This document shows, piece after piece, positions 23,146 to 32,000 of a stretch of 32,000 bases of DNA. The position numbers were made by a program, and so were the translations under genes. How positions within the stretch are numbered: position 1 is the first letter of the stretch; the number at the start of each line of letters is the position of its first letter. This DNA comes from an uncultured Bacilli bacterium (GTDB lineage: Bacteria > Bacillota_I > Bacilli_A > RF39 > UBA660): positions 1-32,000 of the forward strand of contig CALVRH010000007.1 in assembly GCA_944358535.1 (NCBI GenBank). Direction: 5' to 3'. Under the pieces are notes generated by a model. The model made no database searches and had not been told where the DNA came from. It worked only from the letters and a program-made list of their open reading frames with translations.

Positions 23146-23364
23146 TTTAATCACCTTTTTTATTATAACACAATGGTTTACTTTTTTATCATTAAAAGCG
23201 TATAAAAGTTTGCTTTACATTTACTTTAAGTGTAATTTGTACGTTTATATGCTATTTGTTTCTTTTGGTATAAAGTAATATTTTTGAAAGATGTATTAAG
23301 AATATTAGGAGATGATTGGTAATATTTTTTAGGATAGTGTAAAAGAAAAGTAAAGAAAAAAATC

Positions 23365-25536
23365 CTATTTTAGGACTTTTTGTCTAGTTTTTGATAGTTT
23401 TTTATAGTTTAAATTGAAGTAAATTATGCGATGGGGTATAGATACTTCTTTAATTAGGACATATACTTTTTCTCCTAATCTTAATTTCTCGTTATGGCCT
23501 ACAGCTTTGGCGTGAATGATGTCTTGTGGAGTTACATGACCTATAATATTATTATCAAGTTTTATTTTGGTATCATAAGGAGTCATTTCAATGATTTTTC
23601 CGCGGTATATTCTAGTTTTATCTTCTTCATACATTCTTTGCATGTATTCAGCCATTTTTAAGTCTAAGACTTCTTTTTCGGCTTGATCAGCTTCTCTTTC
23701 CATTTCTGAGTCATGGTCACAAATATCTGGAAGCAGACTATAGTATTTATTTATTTTAGATAGGCCATATTTTTCAAATGGATTAGTTAATCTATGAACC
23801 ATTAAATCTGGGTGTCTTCTAATTGGTGATGTGAAATGGGTATAGTATTTTAGACCGAGTCCATAATGGCCATCACATGAGCTTGAGTATTTGGCTTTAC
23901 TCATGCTTTTTAAAATCATGATTGATATTATTTGATAGTTTTCATTATCTTTGAAATGGTCTAAAAAGAAGTTTAAGTCATTTGAATTGTAATGGCCATT
24001 TTTAATTTTATTTATTAATCTATCTACTTCTTCTTTAGAACATAATTTTTCTTTTTTTAATGTTTTTAAAGCTTCAATTAAGTGGTCATCATTAGGGGTT
24101 CCATGAACTCTATATACTTCTGGGGTTTCTAACCATCTATAGTATTCAGCAACACAGCTATTAGCAGCAACCATGAAGTTTTCAATTAGTTTTTCGCCTT
24201 TTCTTTGAATTTGTGGTTTAAAACTTAAGGCTTCGCCTGTTGGGGCGGTGATGACTTTTACTTCATTTGAGGCAAAGTCAACTTTACCACTTGCTTTATT
24301 TATGTTATTCATTTTTTCAGATAGTTCATTCATTATTATTAAATCGTTAGCAAATGATTCATAACCTTTCGGAATAATGCCTTTTTCTAATATTTGGTTT
24401 ACGTCATCATAGTTCATTTTCTTTTTAGAGTTGATAACACTATCATAAATTGAATAATCTAATATTTCGCCATTTGGACTTATCAACATATCAACGGTTT
24501 TGGTTAAGCGGTCTTCACCTTCGTTTAAGGAACAAATACCGTTTGAGATTTGGTGAGGAAACATTGGTATTACAGAGTCTGCTAGATAGGCAGAGGTTCC
24601 TCTTTTAGCGGCTTCAATGTCTAGTGGTGTGCCTTCTTTAATATAATAGCTAACATCAGCTATATGAACACTTAATAGATAATAACCTAATATGTTTTTT
24701 TTGATACTAATGGCATCATCCATATCTTTAGTGTCTTTACCGTCAATAGTGAATATTCTTTGATATCTTAAGTCTTTTCTTCCTTCCATGTCTTCTTCAG
24801 TTACATGGTCTTTTATGGTTTCTAACTGTTTTATGACATCTTCTGGGAAGTCTTTGAAGAAACCGTGCTGGGCGGCTATGGTGGCAATTTCGATGTCAGG
24901 ATCATCTTTATGGCCAATTATTTTATCTATGTGTCCTTCAAAGATGGCTTTATTTTCAATGGTGGCTATTCTTTCTTTACCAATGTTTACTAGTACTCTA
25001 TGACCTGTGACAATTTGTTTTAATTCATCTTTAGGACATATTACGGTAACATTACCGTGAATAGTGTATGGTATAAATTCACCATCTTTGGCATATTCAA
25101 AGACGGTTTTTCCTTTTGCTCTTTTGACTATTTTTTCAACTGAAGCATCAGCATAATTAGTTTTACCATGATGAATATCTTTTAGGACAACAGTATCGCC
25201 TTCTAAAGCGCCATTTAGGTTTTGTTCATTTATTAAGTATTTTATTTTATGACCATTATATTCAATAAATACGAAGCCATTACCCAAATTATCAATATGT
25301 ATTTTTCCTTGAACTTTACCTAGTTGTTTAGAGTCAAACTTTTTATAATATCCTTCATCATCTAAATAAATTTTTCCTTCTTCTTCTAACTCGTTTATTA
25401 CATTAACAAAAGAAGCTCGCATAGATTCTCCTTTAATGTGCATGATTTTACGGAGTTCATCTAATGTGAGCTTCTTTAAGTCTATATTTTTAAGTATTTC
25501 TTTTTTGATATTTTCTAATTGAATTTCTTTTTCCAT
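23365..25536 (-). CDS. rnr: Ribonuclease R
   Basis: RNB catalytic blocks (FTIDGKDTKDMDDAIS, HFTSPIRRHPDLMVHR) and a C-terminal S1-like region. Confidence 0.9.
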   Translation of the reverse strand: MEKEIQLENIKKEILKNIDLKKLTLDELRKIMHIKGESMRASFVNVINELEEEGKIYLDDEGYYKKFDSKQLGKVQGKIHIDNLGNGFVFIEYNGHKIKYLINEQNLNGALEGDTVVLKDIHHGKTNYADASVEKIVKRAKGKTVFEYAKDGEFIPYTIHGNVTVICPKDELKQIVTGHRVLVNIGKERIATIENKAIFEGHIDKIIGHKDDPDIEIATIAAQHGFFKDFPEDVIKQLETIKDHVTEEDMEGRKDLRYQRIFTIDGKDTKDMDDAISIKKNILGYYLLSVHIADVSYYIKEGTPLDIEAAKRGTSAYLADSVIPMFPHQISNGICSLNEGEDRLTKTVDMLISPNGEILDYSIYDSVINSKKKMNYDDVNQILEKGIIPKGYESFANDLIIMNELSEKMNNINKASGKVDFASNEVKVITAPTGEALSFKPQIQRKGEKLIENFMVAANSCVAEYYRWLETPEVYRVHGTPNDDHLIEALKTLKKEKLCSKEEVDRLINKIKNGHYNSNDLNFFLDHFKDNENYQIISIMILKSMSKAKYSSSCDGHYGLGLKYYTHFTSPIRRHPDLMVHRLTNPFEKYGLSKINKYYSLLPDICDHDSEMEREADQAEKEVLDLKMAEYMQRMYEEDKTRIYRGKIIEMTPYDTKIKLDNNIIGHVTPQDIIHAKAVGHNEKLRLGEKVYVLIKEVSIPHRIIYFNLNYKKLSKTRQKVLK

Positions 25537-25591
25537 TATTTTCTCACCCTACAGTTTTATTATAACGGGTTTTCTAATAATTAACAATAGT

Positions 25592-26308
25592 TTAATTAGA
25601 AATATTATTAAAAATGAAGATATATCTATCTTTTCCAGCTAAGTCTTTTTCTGTTTTAATGATAGAATTGGGTAAATAAGTTTTAGCAATTTCGGTGATG
25701 GCTTTACTTTGAGTCATGCCTATTTCAAAGGCTATAAGGGATTTTTCTTTTAGGTATGGGTTTATGTTTTGTAAAATATTTTGATAAAAGTATAGGCCAT
25801 TGTTGTCAGCATAAAGTGCGAGAGGTGGTTCATTATTTTTTACTAATGGATCGATAATTTCATCTTTTGCGATATATGGTGGATTACTAATTATTATATC
25901 GAATTTTCCTTTTATATGGTGGAATAGATTACTTTGTTTAAAAGATATTTTAACGTTATTTCTTTTTGCGTTTTTTTGGGCTATTTCTAAGGCTTTTTCT
26001 GATATGTCGGTGGCTAAAACATTACTATTTAGATGTTTAGCTAAGGTGATGGCAATGGCACCACTTCCTGTTCCAATATCTAAAATATCTAAGGGAGTGT
26101 TTAAGTTTTTAGCATAATTTATGGTTTTTTCCACCAATGTTTCTGTTTCAAATCTAGGTATTAAAACATCTTTATTTACTAATAAATTAACATCATAGAA
26201 GTCAACATTGCCAACTATATATTGAACAGGTATTCCTTTTTTTAGTTTGTTTAGACCTTCTTCTAATTTATCTTTTGGAAGATATTTTTTTAAATAATCT
26301 TCTAACAT
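25592..26308 (-). CDS. prmC: Release-factor glutamine N5-methyltransferase
   Basis: SAM motif DIGTGSGAI and the NPPY motif (ISNPPYI). It lies directly downstream of prfA. Confidence 0.9.
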   Translation of the reverse strand: MLEDYLKKYLPKDKLEEGLNKLKKGIPVQYIVGNVDFYDVNLLVNKDVLIPRFETETLVEKTINYAKNLNTPLDILDIGTGSGAIAITLAKHLNSNVLATDISEKALEIAQKNAKRNNVKISFKQSNLFHHIKGKFDIIISNPPYIAKDEIIDPLVKNNEPPLALYADNNGLYFYQNILQNINPYLKEKSLIAFEIGMTQSKAITEIAKTYLPNSIIKTEKDLAGKDRYIFIFNNISN

Positions 26309-27364
26309 TTAAGCCTCTTTTAATTTTCTATTTTGATCTTCAGTTATTAAGGCTTCAATTATATCTTCTAGGTTACCTTCCATTACTCTATCTAGGTTTT
26401 TAGTTGTATATCCTATTCTATGGTCAGTTACCCTATTTTGTGGATAGTTATAGGTCCTGATTTTTTCTGATCTATCACCAGTTCCTATTTTACTACGTCT
26501 TTCTGAGCCTAGTTTTTCTTCTTGTTCTCTTAGTTTTGCTTCATAAAGTCTAGTTCTAAGCATTTGCATGGCTTTTTCTTTGTTTTGAATTTGACTTCTT
26601 TCGTTTTGACAAGTTACAACAGTGTTTGTAGGTAAATGAGTTATTCTAACAGCACTATCGGTGGTGTTTACGCACTGTCCACCAGCACCAGTACTTCTAT
26701 AAACATCAATTCTTAAATCGCTTGGATTAATTTCGACATCAACTTCTTCGGCTTCTGGCATGACTAAAACAGTGGCTGTAGAAGTATGAACTCTACCTTG
26801 GGTTTCAGTTACTGGAACTCTTTGAACTCTATGAGCGCCTGATTCATATTTTAATTTTGAATATACATTATCACCTTTGACCATAAATTCAACTAAAGGA
26901 TATCCACCAGCATCTGAGTGTTCTTCGGATAATATTTCAATTTTCCAGCCTTGTTTTTCGGCATATTTAGTATACATTCTATATAGGTCTCCAGCAAAGA
27001 TATTAGCTTCATCACCACCAGCGGCACCTCTTATTTCGACAATAACATTTTTACCATCATTTGGGTCTTTTGGAAGAAGGATTATTTCAATTTTGGATTC
27101 TAAATTTTCTTTTTCTTTTGTTAATCTTGAAATTTCTTCTTTAGCAAATTCGCCTAAATCAGGATCTTTAGTCATTTCTTTAGCTTCTTCTAGGTCAGAT
27201 TCAATTTTTTTATATTTTTGATAAGCGTCATAAGCATCTTTGAGAGAAGCTTGTTCTTTGGTTAGTCTTAAGGTTTCTTTGATATTGGATAGGATTTCTG
27301 GTTTACTTAGTTCTTCTGATAATTCATTATATTTTTCTTCAATGGCTTTTAATCTTTCTAACAT
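26309..27364 (-). CDS. prfA: Peptide chain release factor 1
   Basis: GGQ ([10 protein letters not shown]) and an RF1-type PxT tripeptide (VPVTETQGR). The start is ATG 27364, after AGGGTGA. Confidence 0.95.
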   Translation of the reverse strand: MLERLKAIEEKYNELSEELSKPEILSNIKETLRLTKEQASLKDAYDAYQKYKKIESDLEEAKEMTKDPDLGEFAKEEISRLTKEKENLESKIEIILLPKDPNDGKNVIVEIRGAAGGDEANIFAGDLYRMYTKYAEKQGWKIEILSEEHSDAGGYPLVEFMVKGDNVYSKLKYESGAHRVQRVPVTETQGRVHTSTATVLVMPEAEEVDVEINPSDLRIDVYRSTGAGGQCVNTTDSAVRITHLPTNTVVTCQNERSQIQNKEKAMQMLRTRLYEAKLREQEEKLGSERRSKIGTGDRSEKIRTYNYPQNRVTDHRIGYTTKNLDRVMEGNLEDIIEALITEDQNRKLKEA

Positions 27365-27388
27365 TTTAATCACCCTTTTCGCAATAAG

Positions 27389-27417
27389 ATTATACTATAT
27401 TTTATGTATTTTATCAA
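27389..27417 (-). promoter_or_regulatory. Sigma-A promoter of prfA-prmC
   Basis: The minus strand reads TTGATA, a 17-nt spacer, then TATAAT. Confidence 0.5.
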
Positions 27418-27423
27418 ACATTA

Positions 27424-27449
27424 TAAAAACAAGCTATTGTTTTAGCTTG
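27424..27449 (-). terminator. Terminator of the 27460-28377 gene
   Basis: A 7-bp stem caagcta / tagcttg followed on the minus strand by TTTTT. Confidence 0.5.
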
Positions 27450-27459
27450 CATATAAAGT

Positions 27460-28377
27460 TTATTCAATTTGATATGGGTTATTTTGGCTTCCATCTCCTC
27501 CAGTGATTTGGACTTCAGATGAAAGAGTTATGGCAGGCCTGACCGCATGGTTCGTAATGTTCGCGTCGTTGTTGTAGGGGTTGCCGTTAGAGTGCACGTA
27601 GAACACGTGGTTAGAGTCGCCGGCAATGGACGACAAGGTCCACCAATAATTACTTGAATCATACATCCACGTGGTATTTTTACATGTACTATAATTACTA
27701 TTAAAAGTACTATATGTTTTACAGTTTGAATTTGAATTTGTTCTTAAATATTCGCTTACTGTTGGTAATGCTATTTTTCCATTCCATGTTTTACTATTTT
27801 CATCATTGACTTGATCGGCTAAATCATTATTATAAACTGTTACTGCACCTATACTATAATCAGATGCAACTATTTGACTTTGGGCTTCACTACTTAAACT
27901 ATTTAAATATGTTCCATTTAAATATGTATTTAAACTGGCTGGTCTAGCCCAATTATTTGAATTAGATGTATCCCATGCTAAAGAATTGCTAGTATTTATA
28001 TTTGCTGTTTTCATTATCTTTATAGTTCCATCACAACCTACAGAAATAATTCTCCAGCCTGCAGTTTCTCCATTAAAGGTTACATAATTATTTGGGTTTG
28101 CTCCCGTAAAGAAATACCTACATTCATATGGGTCTTTTTCTAACCCATTATCTTCTATTATTTGTTCTCCTGGTGGCTTAGTTGTACATACTCCATATAA
28201 TTCATCTATTGCTTCTTGTACATCTGTACTTTCAAGTCCACTCACAGTATTATCATATGTCACATCTTCACTTGGAAAATATGTTGCTGCTATTACACTT
28301 GCTGCTCCACAAATTATTAAACCTGTTATAAATCCTGGTAAATATCCAATCATAATTTTCTTTATTTTTTCTTTCAT
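27460..28377 (-). CDS. Membrane-anchored DUF6273-like (lectin-fold-like, WW...VRPA) protein with a VR-like C-terminal patch
   Basis: N-terminal TM anchor, then the TYFPSEDVTYDNTVSGLESTDVQEAIDELYGVC motif. The body (GWRIISV..., WARPASLNTYLNG, ALPTVSEYL) is followed by YWWTLSS...AVRPAITL and a GDGSQNNPYQIE tail. SD is GGAGGA. Confidence 0.8.
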   Translation of the reverse strand: MKEKIKKIMIGYLPGFITGLIICGAASVIAATYFPSEDVTYDNTVSGLESTDVQEAIDELYGVCTTKPPGEQIIEDNGLEKDPYECRYFFTGANPNNYVTFNGETAGWRIISVGCDGTIKIMKTANINTSNSLAWDTSNSNNWARPASLNTYLNGTYLNSLSSEAQSQIVASDYSIGAVTVYNNDLADQVNDENSKTWNGKIALPTVSEYLRTNSNSNCKTYSTFNSNYSTCKNTTWMYDSSNYWWTLSSIAGDSNHVFYVHSNGNPYNNDANITNHAVRPAITLSSEVQITGGDGSQNNPYQIE

Positions 28378-28443
28378 ATTTCATCCTCCATCTTTTTGAA
28401 TTTTTTATCTTAGTTATAGTATATCACAAAAATTACTTTTTGT

Positions 28444-28460
28444 GTTACATTTTGTGTAAC
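28444..28460. promoter_or_regulatory. Inverted repeat (candidate operator) in the divergent intergenic region
   Basis: GTTACA-ttttg-TGTAAC overlaps the -35 region of the extended -10 promoter (TGATATACT) of the 27460-28377 gene. Confidence 0.35.
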
Positions 28461-28525
28461 TTACTAATTGTATTACATAATTTTATAATTTAAATAATGA
28501 GGTGTTAATCTGAAAAATAATTATA

Positions 28526-28783
28526 TTGTTCATGACTATGTGTGTCTTGAACAAAGTGAAAGGAATGAAACTTATAATGGAAAAGTTTAAGTTACCAAAC
28601 AATGAGGATGAACAATCTGTTTTAAAAACTGTTAGAATTAAGTTTGTAACTTTAAAGAAAGTTGAAGAAGTGGCAAAAGAAAGCAATTTATCAGTTAATA
28701 GAGTTATTAATGAATGTATAGAGTTTGCACTTAATAATTTAGATAGTAAACATGAAAAAGATAAAAATGATTATAATAATTAG
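28526..28783 (+). CDS. Small ribbon-helix-helix (CopG/Arc-like) DNA-binding protein, start uncertain
   Basis: KTVRIKFVTLKKVEEVAKESNLSVNRVINECIEFAL fits a beta strand plus two helices, as in RHH proteins. Several in-frame starts are possible (TTG 28526, or ATGs at codons 3, 5, 14 and 18). A TTACTA-17-TATAAT promoter lies at 28461-28489. Confidence 0.4.
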   Translation: MFMTMCVLNKVKGMKLIMEKFKLPNNEDEQSVLKTVRIKFVTLKKVEEVAKESNLSVNRVINECIEFALNNLDSKHEKDKNDYNN

Positions 28784-28820
28784 TTTAAGATAAAATTTAA
28801 AGATTTTATTTAGAATACAT

Positions 28821-28858
28821 AAAAGACTGACATTTTTTTAGTTTGTCAGTCTTTTTTT
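28821..28858. terminator. Bidirectional terminator between the RHH gene and rpoE
   Basis: A 10-bp stem aagactgaca / tgtcagtctt is flanked by A4 and T7 runs. Confidence 0.65.
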
Positions 28859-28904
28859 GTAATAAAGCCGAATAGTTTTTTTACAGGTTATTAACAAAGT
28901 AAAA

Positions 28905-29360
28905 TTAATCAAGTTCTTCTTCATCTAATATGGTTAAATCATCATCGTCAACATCGTCGACATCATCTAAGTCTGTATCGTCGATGACAGAGTCATCATC
29001 CATGTCATGCATATCTTCTGACGCCATGTCGTCTAATTCGTCATCTAATTCTTTTTCTGTTTCAACTAGGTCTTCTTCATCTTCTGTGTCGTCTTCAAGG
29101 TTTACTTGGACTGAGTGACGATCTCTTAAATCCCAAGTCGCGTCATCTAATAAAATGAATGTTTTATCAGTAGTAAGGGTTGTATAGAAATCTCCTATTT
29201 TATTTGCATAGTCTTCATCTGACATATCTAGTAATTTACAAATTCTTTTAAAGATTTCTGAAGTATTTAAACTCTTTTTTTCTTCTTTTAAAATCATGGC
29301 AGCCAAATCAGTGAAGGAATAAAGTTCTAATTCATTTTTAGACATTTTTGATAATTTCAT
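28905..29360 (-). CDS. rpoE: RNA polymerase delta subunit
   Basis: HARE-HTH N-terminal domain (YSFTDLAAMILKEEKK..., FYTTLTTDKTFILLDDATWDLRDRH) and a long D/E-rich tail. Confidence 0.9.
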   Translation of the reverse strand: MKLSKMSKNELELYSFTDLAAMILKEEKKSLNTSEIFKRICKLLDMSDEDYANKIGDFYTTLTTDKTFILLDDATWDLRDRHSVQVNLEDDTEDEEDLVETEKELDDELDDMASEDMHDMDDDSVIDDTDLDDVDDVDDDDLTILDEEELD

Positions 29361-29416
29361 ATTATACCTCCTAAATTACATCTGAATTAATCTTAGAACA
29401 TTGTATCATATTCTAT

Positions 29417-29779
29417 CTATGTGTCAAGGGTAAATTTTAAATTATATGTAAAGGTGTCGATGAGGTCTTGATTTACCATTAATTTATAAGTAATTTCAAG
29501 TTCATCTTTTTTTTGAATTATTTTAGTGGCAAAGGTTTCTAAGTTAATTATTCCATAATTAGTTATGTATGTTCCATGCTCTTTTATACCATTTTTTAAA
29601 TTTATTTTTAAATGATAATTTGATTTTCTTTCAATAGTTATTATTTTATCAATAGTTATTTTTGTTTGAACATTTTCATCATTATAGATAATTTGGTTAT
29701 TTCTTTTTATTCCTTTACCTTTAAAAGTATGTGTTTCGCTTGTGTTTTTTAAAGTGGCTATGATATTTATTTTACTCAT
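29417..29779 (-). CDS. DUF1934 (YwiB-like) beta-barrel protein
   Basis: Size, alternating beta pattern and a position next to rpoE fit the family. The start is ATG 29779, after GAGGT. The family call is from memory. Confidence 0.5.
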   Translation of the reverse strand: MSKINIIATLKNTSETHTFKGKGIKRNNQIIYNDENVQTKITIDKIITIERKSNYHLKINLKNGIKEHGTYITNYGIINLETFATKIIQKKDELEITYKLMVNQDLIDTFTYNLKFTLDT

Positions 29780-29877
29780 AAAATTACCTCGCACAAAGAT
29801 TATAACACATATATAATTTTTTTACTTATATTTTTGAAATTTTTTCCAATAATAATTTTAGAAAGCGAAGTGATTTG

Positions 29878-31860
29878 ATGAAAAAGGAAAAAGTTAAGAA
29901 ACGAAAAAAATCAAAAAAATGGTTAATTATTATTTTAGGAATTATTTTCTTTTTTATTATTATTTACTTCGGTATATATTTATATGCAAGAATGCAACCA
30001 AAATTACCAATTACAGGTGCGAATGGTTATCATTTATACGATATTAATGGTGATGTTTATACTGCAAGTTCTAATGAGAATGTAAGTTTAAAGGATATTT
30101 CTAAGCATTTAATTAATGCGACGATTGCGGTTGAAGATAAAAATTTTTACAAACATCACGGGTTTGATTTTTTAAGAATTATTAAGGCGATGTTTGTTAA
30201 TGTCAAATCTGGAGAAAATTTACAAGGGGCTTCGACAATTACACAGCAATATTCCAAAAACTTATTTTTAGATTTTGACAAAACATGGGATAGAAAGATA
30301 AAAGAGGCTTGGATTACAATTAGGCTTGAGAGTCACTATAGTAAAGATGAGATTTTAGAGGGTTATTTAAATACGATTAATTATGGTGGAATATTTGGAA
30401 TTGAAAATGCTTCTAAGTATTATTTTAACAAGAGTGCGAAAAATTTAACGTTAGCTGAGGCAAGCATGCTGGCGGGTATACCAAAAAACCCAAGTAAGTA
30501 TTCTCCTTTAATAGATGAAGAGAGTGCGAAGTCTAGACAAAGGATTATATTAAATGCAATGGTTAAAAACGGGTATATTACACAAAGCAAAGCTGATAAT
30601 GCTTATAATACTGAGCTTAACTACGAAAAAAGTGAGGAAGAGGCAAATTTAAAGATGATGATGTATTATCAAGATGCAGTTATGGATGAACTTAATTCAA
30701 TAAAGACAATTCCATCTTCTTTTTTGGAAACAGGTGGTCTTAAGATTTATACTAATTTAGATATGAAAGCACAGAAGGCTTTAGAGGATAGTGCGAATAA
30801 AAATATTACTAATCCAGATATTCAAATGGCGGGAGTTGTTATGGATCCTCAGACTGGTAAAGTTTTAGCTTTATCTGGAGGAAGGGATTATAACAAGAGT
30901 CAGTATAACCGCGCTACGATGGCAAAAAGGCAGGTAGGTTCAACGATTAAACCATTTTTATATTACTCGGCTTTAGAAAATGGATTTACTCCTTCAACAA
31001 CGTTTACTAGCGAGAAAACGACATTTAGTTTTTCGGGTAATAAGACATATACTCCAAAAAATTACAATGATGAATATGCGAATGGGCCAATTAGTTTAGC
31101 TGCGGCAATTAGTTATTCTGACAATATTTATGCGGTTAAAACACATTTATTTTTAGGAGATAGTGCTTTACCGGATATTTTAAGAAGAGTTGGTATTGAA
31201 GAAGAATTAAATACTCTACCTTCTTTAGCTTTAGGGGCAGAAGAGATTAATATGATGGATATGATGGCAGCTTATAGCGCTTTAGCGAATGAGGGTTATA
31301 AGGTTAAGCCATATTTTATCAGTAAGGTTACTGATATGGAGGGCAATGTTTTATATGAATATAAACCTAATTTAGAGAATGTTTTGAATAAAAACACAGT
31401 TTATGTTTTAAATGAATTACTTACAACAACTTATGCGAAGGAGTTTCAAGATTACAATACACCAACTTGTCTTAGTATTGCGCCAAAGATGACACATAAA
31501 TATGCAATTAAGTCTGGGACAACAAATACGGATAATTTAATTTTTGGTTACAATAAGAATTTAGTGGTAGGTATGTGGACAGGATATGACGACAACAAAG
31601 ATGTATCTAGTAAGGATAGTTCTAATTTGAAAAATACTTGGGTCGATGTGATGGAAACATATTTAGCTGGTAAAACAGATGAAGAAACATGGTATGAGAC
31701 ACCTAAAAATGTTGTTGGTGTAGCTATTGATCCAATAAGTGGAAAAGCGGCAACTAACGGTTCTAAAGCAAAAGTTTTATATTATATAAAAGGAACTGAA
31801 CCAACTGAGAATAAAGTTTCATTAGATGAGGCTATTCCGACAGTTAAGTTAGAAGAATAA
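29878..31860 (+). CDS. Class A penicillin-binding protein (transglycosylase/transpeptidase, PBP1A-like)
   Basis: TM anchor; glycosyltransferase motifs EDKNFYKHHGFD and GASTITQQ; transpeptidase motifs STIKP (SxxK), SDN and KSGT. Confidence 0.9.
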   Translation: MKKEKVKKRKKSKKWLIIILGIIFFFIIIYFGIYLYARMQPKLPITGANGYHLYDINGDVYTASSNENVSLKDISKHLINATIAVEDKNFYKHHGFDFLRIIKAMFVNVKSGENLQGASTITQQYSKNLFLDFDKTWDRKIKEAWITIRLESHYSKDEILEGYLNTINYGGIFGIENASKYYFNKSAKNLTLAEASMLAGIPKNPSKYSPLIDEESAKSRQRIILNAMVKNGYITQSKADNAYNTELNYEKSEEEANLKMMMYYQDAVMDELNSIKTIPSSFLETGGLKIYTNLDMKAQKALEDSANKNITNPDIQMAGVVMDPQTGKVLALSGGRDYNKSQYNRATMAKRQVGSTIKPFLYYSALENGFTPSTTFTSEKTTFSFSGNKTYTPKNYNDEYANGPISLAAAISYSDNIYAVKTHLFLGDSALPDILRRVGIEEELNTLPSLALGAEEINMMDMMAAYSALANEGYKVKPYFISKVTDMEGNVLYEYKPNLENVLNKNTVYVLNELLTTTYAKEFQDYNTPTCLSIAPKMTHKYAIKSGTTNTDNLIFGYNKNLVVGMWTGYDDNKDVSSKDSSNLKNTWVDVMETYLAGKTDEETWYETPKNVVGVAIDPISGKAATNGSKAKVLYYIKGTEPTENKVSLDEAIPTVKLEE

Positions 31861-31869
31861 AGAAGAATA

Positions 31870-31910
31870 AAGAAGATTAAACTGTTTTAAATTTAATCTT
31901 CTTTTATTTT
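31870..31910. terminator. Bidirectional terminator
   Basis: A 12-bp stem aagaagattaaa / tttaatcttctt is followed by a T-rich run. Confidence 0.6.
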
Positions 31911-32000
31911 TATATTTCTAAAATAAATGGATTATCTTGTGAGCCATTTCCATCAGTAATTTTGGTTTCTGATGAAAGATATAAACTTGGGCGAACGGCA
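31910..32000 (-). CDS. C-terminal end of a further DUF6273-like paralogue (partial, runs off the window)
   Basis: The minus strand translates to AVRPSLYLSSETKITDGNGSQDNPFILEI*. This is collinear with AVRPAITLSSEVQITGGDGSQNNPYQIE* of 27460-28377. Confidence 0.7.
   Translation of the reverse strand, partial: AVRPSLYLSSETKITDGNGSQDNPFILEI

Noticed and set aside
18668-23278. Six plus-strand ORFs antisense to polC and upstream of it (18668-18868, 19403-19657, 20690-20875, 21695-21943, 22466-22861, 23033-23278)
   Set aside because: All are shadows of the 4.5-kb polC frame. None has an SD or recognisable motifs.
24788-27506. Antisense ORFs in rnr (24788-25003) and prfA (26877-27221, 27240-27506)
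   Set aside because: Same reasoning as above: shadow ORFs opposite conserved genes.
28483-29118. ORF at 28483-28686 (-), opposite the RHH candidate, and 28930-29118 (+), opposite the rpoE acidic tail
   Set aside because: The first has no SD and is hydrophobic noise in a promoter region. The second is the Ser-rich antisense reading of the D/E-rich codons.
1-32000. Alternative genetic code (TGA=Trp, Mollicutes-type), suggested by the very low GC
   Set aside because: All conserved genes give full-length products in the standard-code ORF track without TGA interruptions. A class A PBP also indicates a walled organism.

Overview
Low-GC (about 30%) chromosomal segment from a cell-walled Firmicutes-type bacterium. 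Lineage markers are PolC, the RpoE delta subunit, a T-box leader and a class A PBP. Long ORFs read cleanly in the standard code. Most of the window is housekeeping: tmcAL, pyk, mutM, serS, polA, polC, rnr, prmC, prfA, rpoE and a PBP1A-like gene.

Accessory content:
(1) The best candidate for a new system is a tight three-gene operon at 6143-10035 with its own near-consensus promoter. It encodes a lectin-like (DUF6273-like, WW...ARPAL) head fused to an AAA_5/MoxR-class ATPase, a degenerate pseudo-ATPase paralogue of that ATPase, and an HExxH metallopeptidase joined by a Q/N/E/K-rich linker to a vWA domain.
(2) The same WW...(V/A)RP domain occurs in three more genes: 27460-28377, the frameshifted 17656-18594, and a partial copy at the window edge (31910-32000). 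The intact copy carries a ~116-nt patch at about 56% GC that uses only AAC for Asn, exactly where diversity-generating retroelements place variable regions. No TR or RT is in the window.
(3) Two diverged tnpB-only IS200/IS605 elements with predictable omega-RNA ends.
(4) An orphan prepilin gene with a perfect sigma-A promoter, whose ~42-nt upstream element recurs at 15734-15775.
(5) A candidate type I toxin-antitoxin-like pair at 1940-2260.
(6) A Ser T-box leader controlling a degenerate SpoT-like HD protein plus serS.

No rRNA, tRNA or CRISPR array was seen. All family names come from motif recognition by eye. No searches were run.
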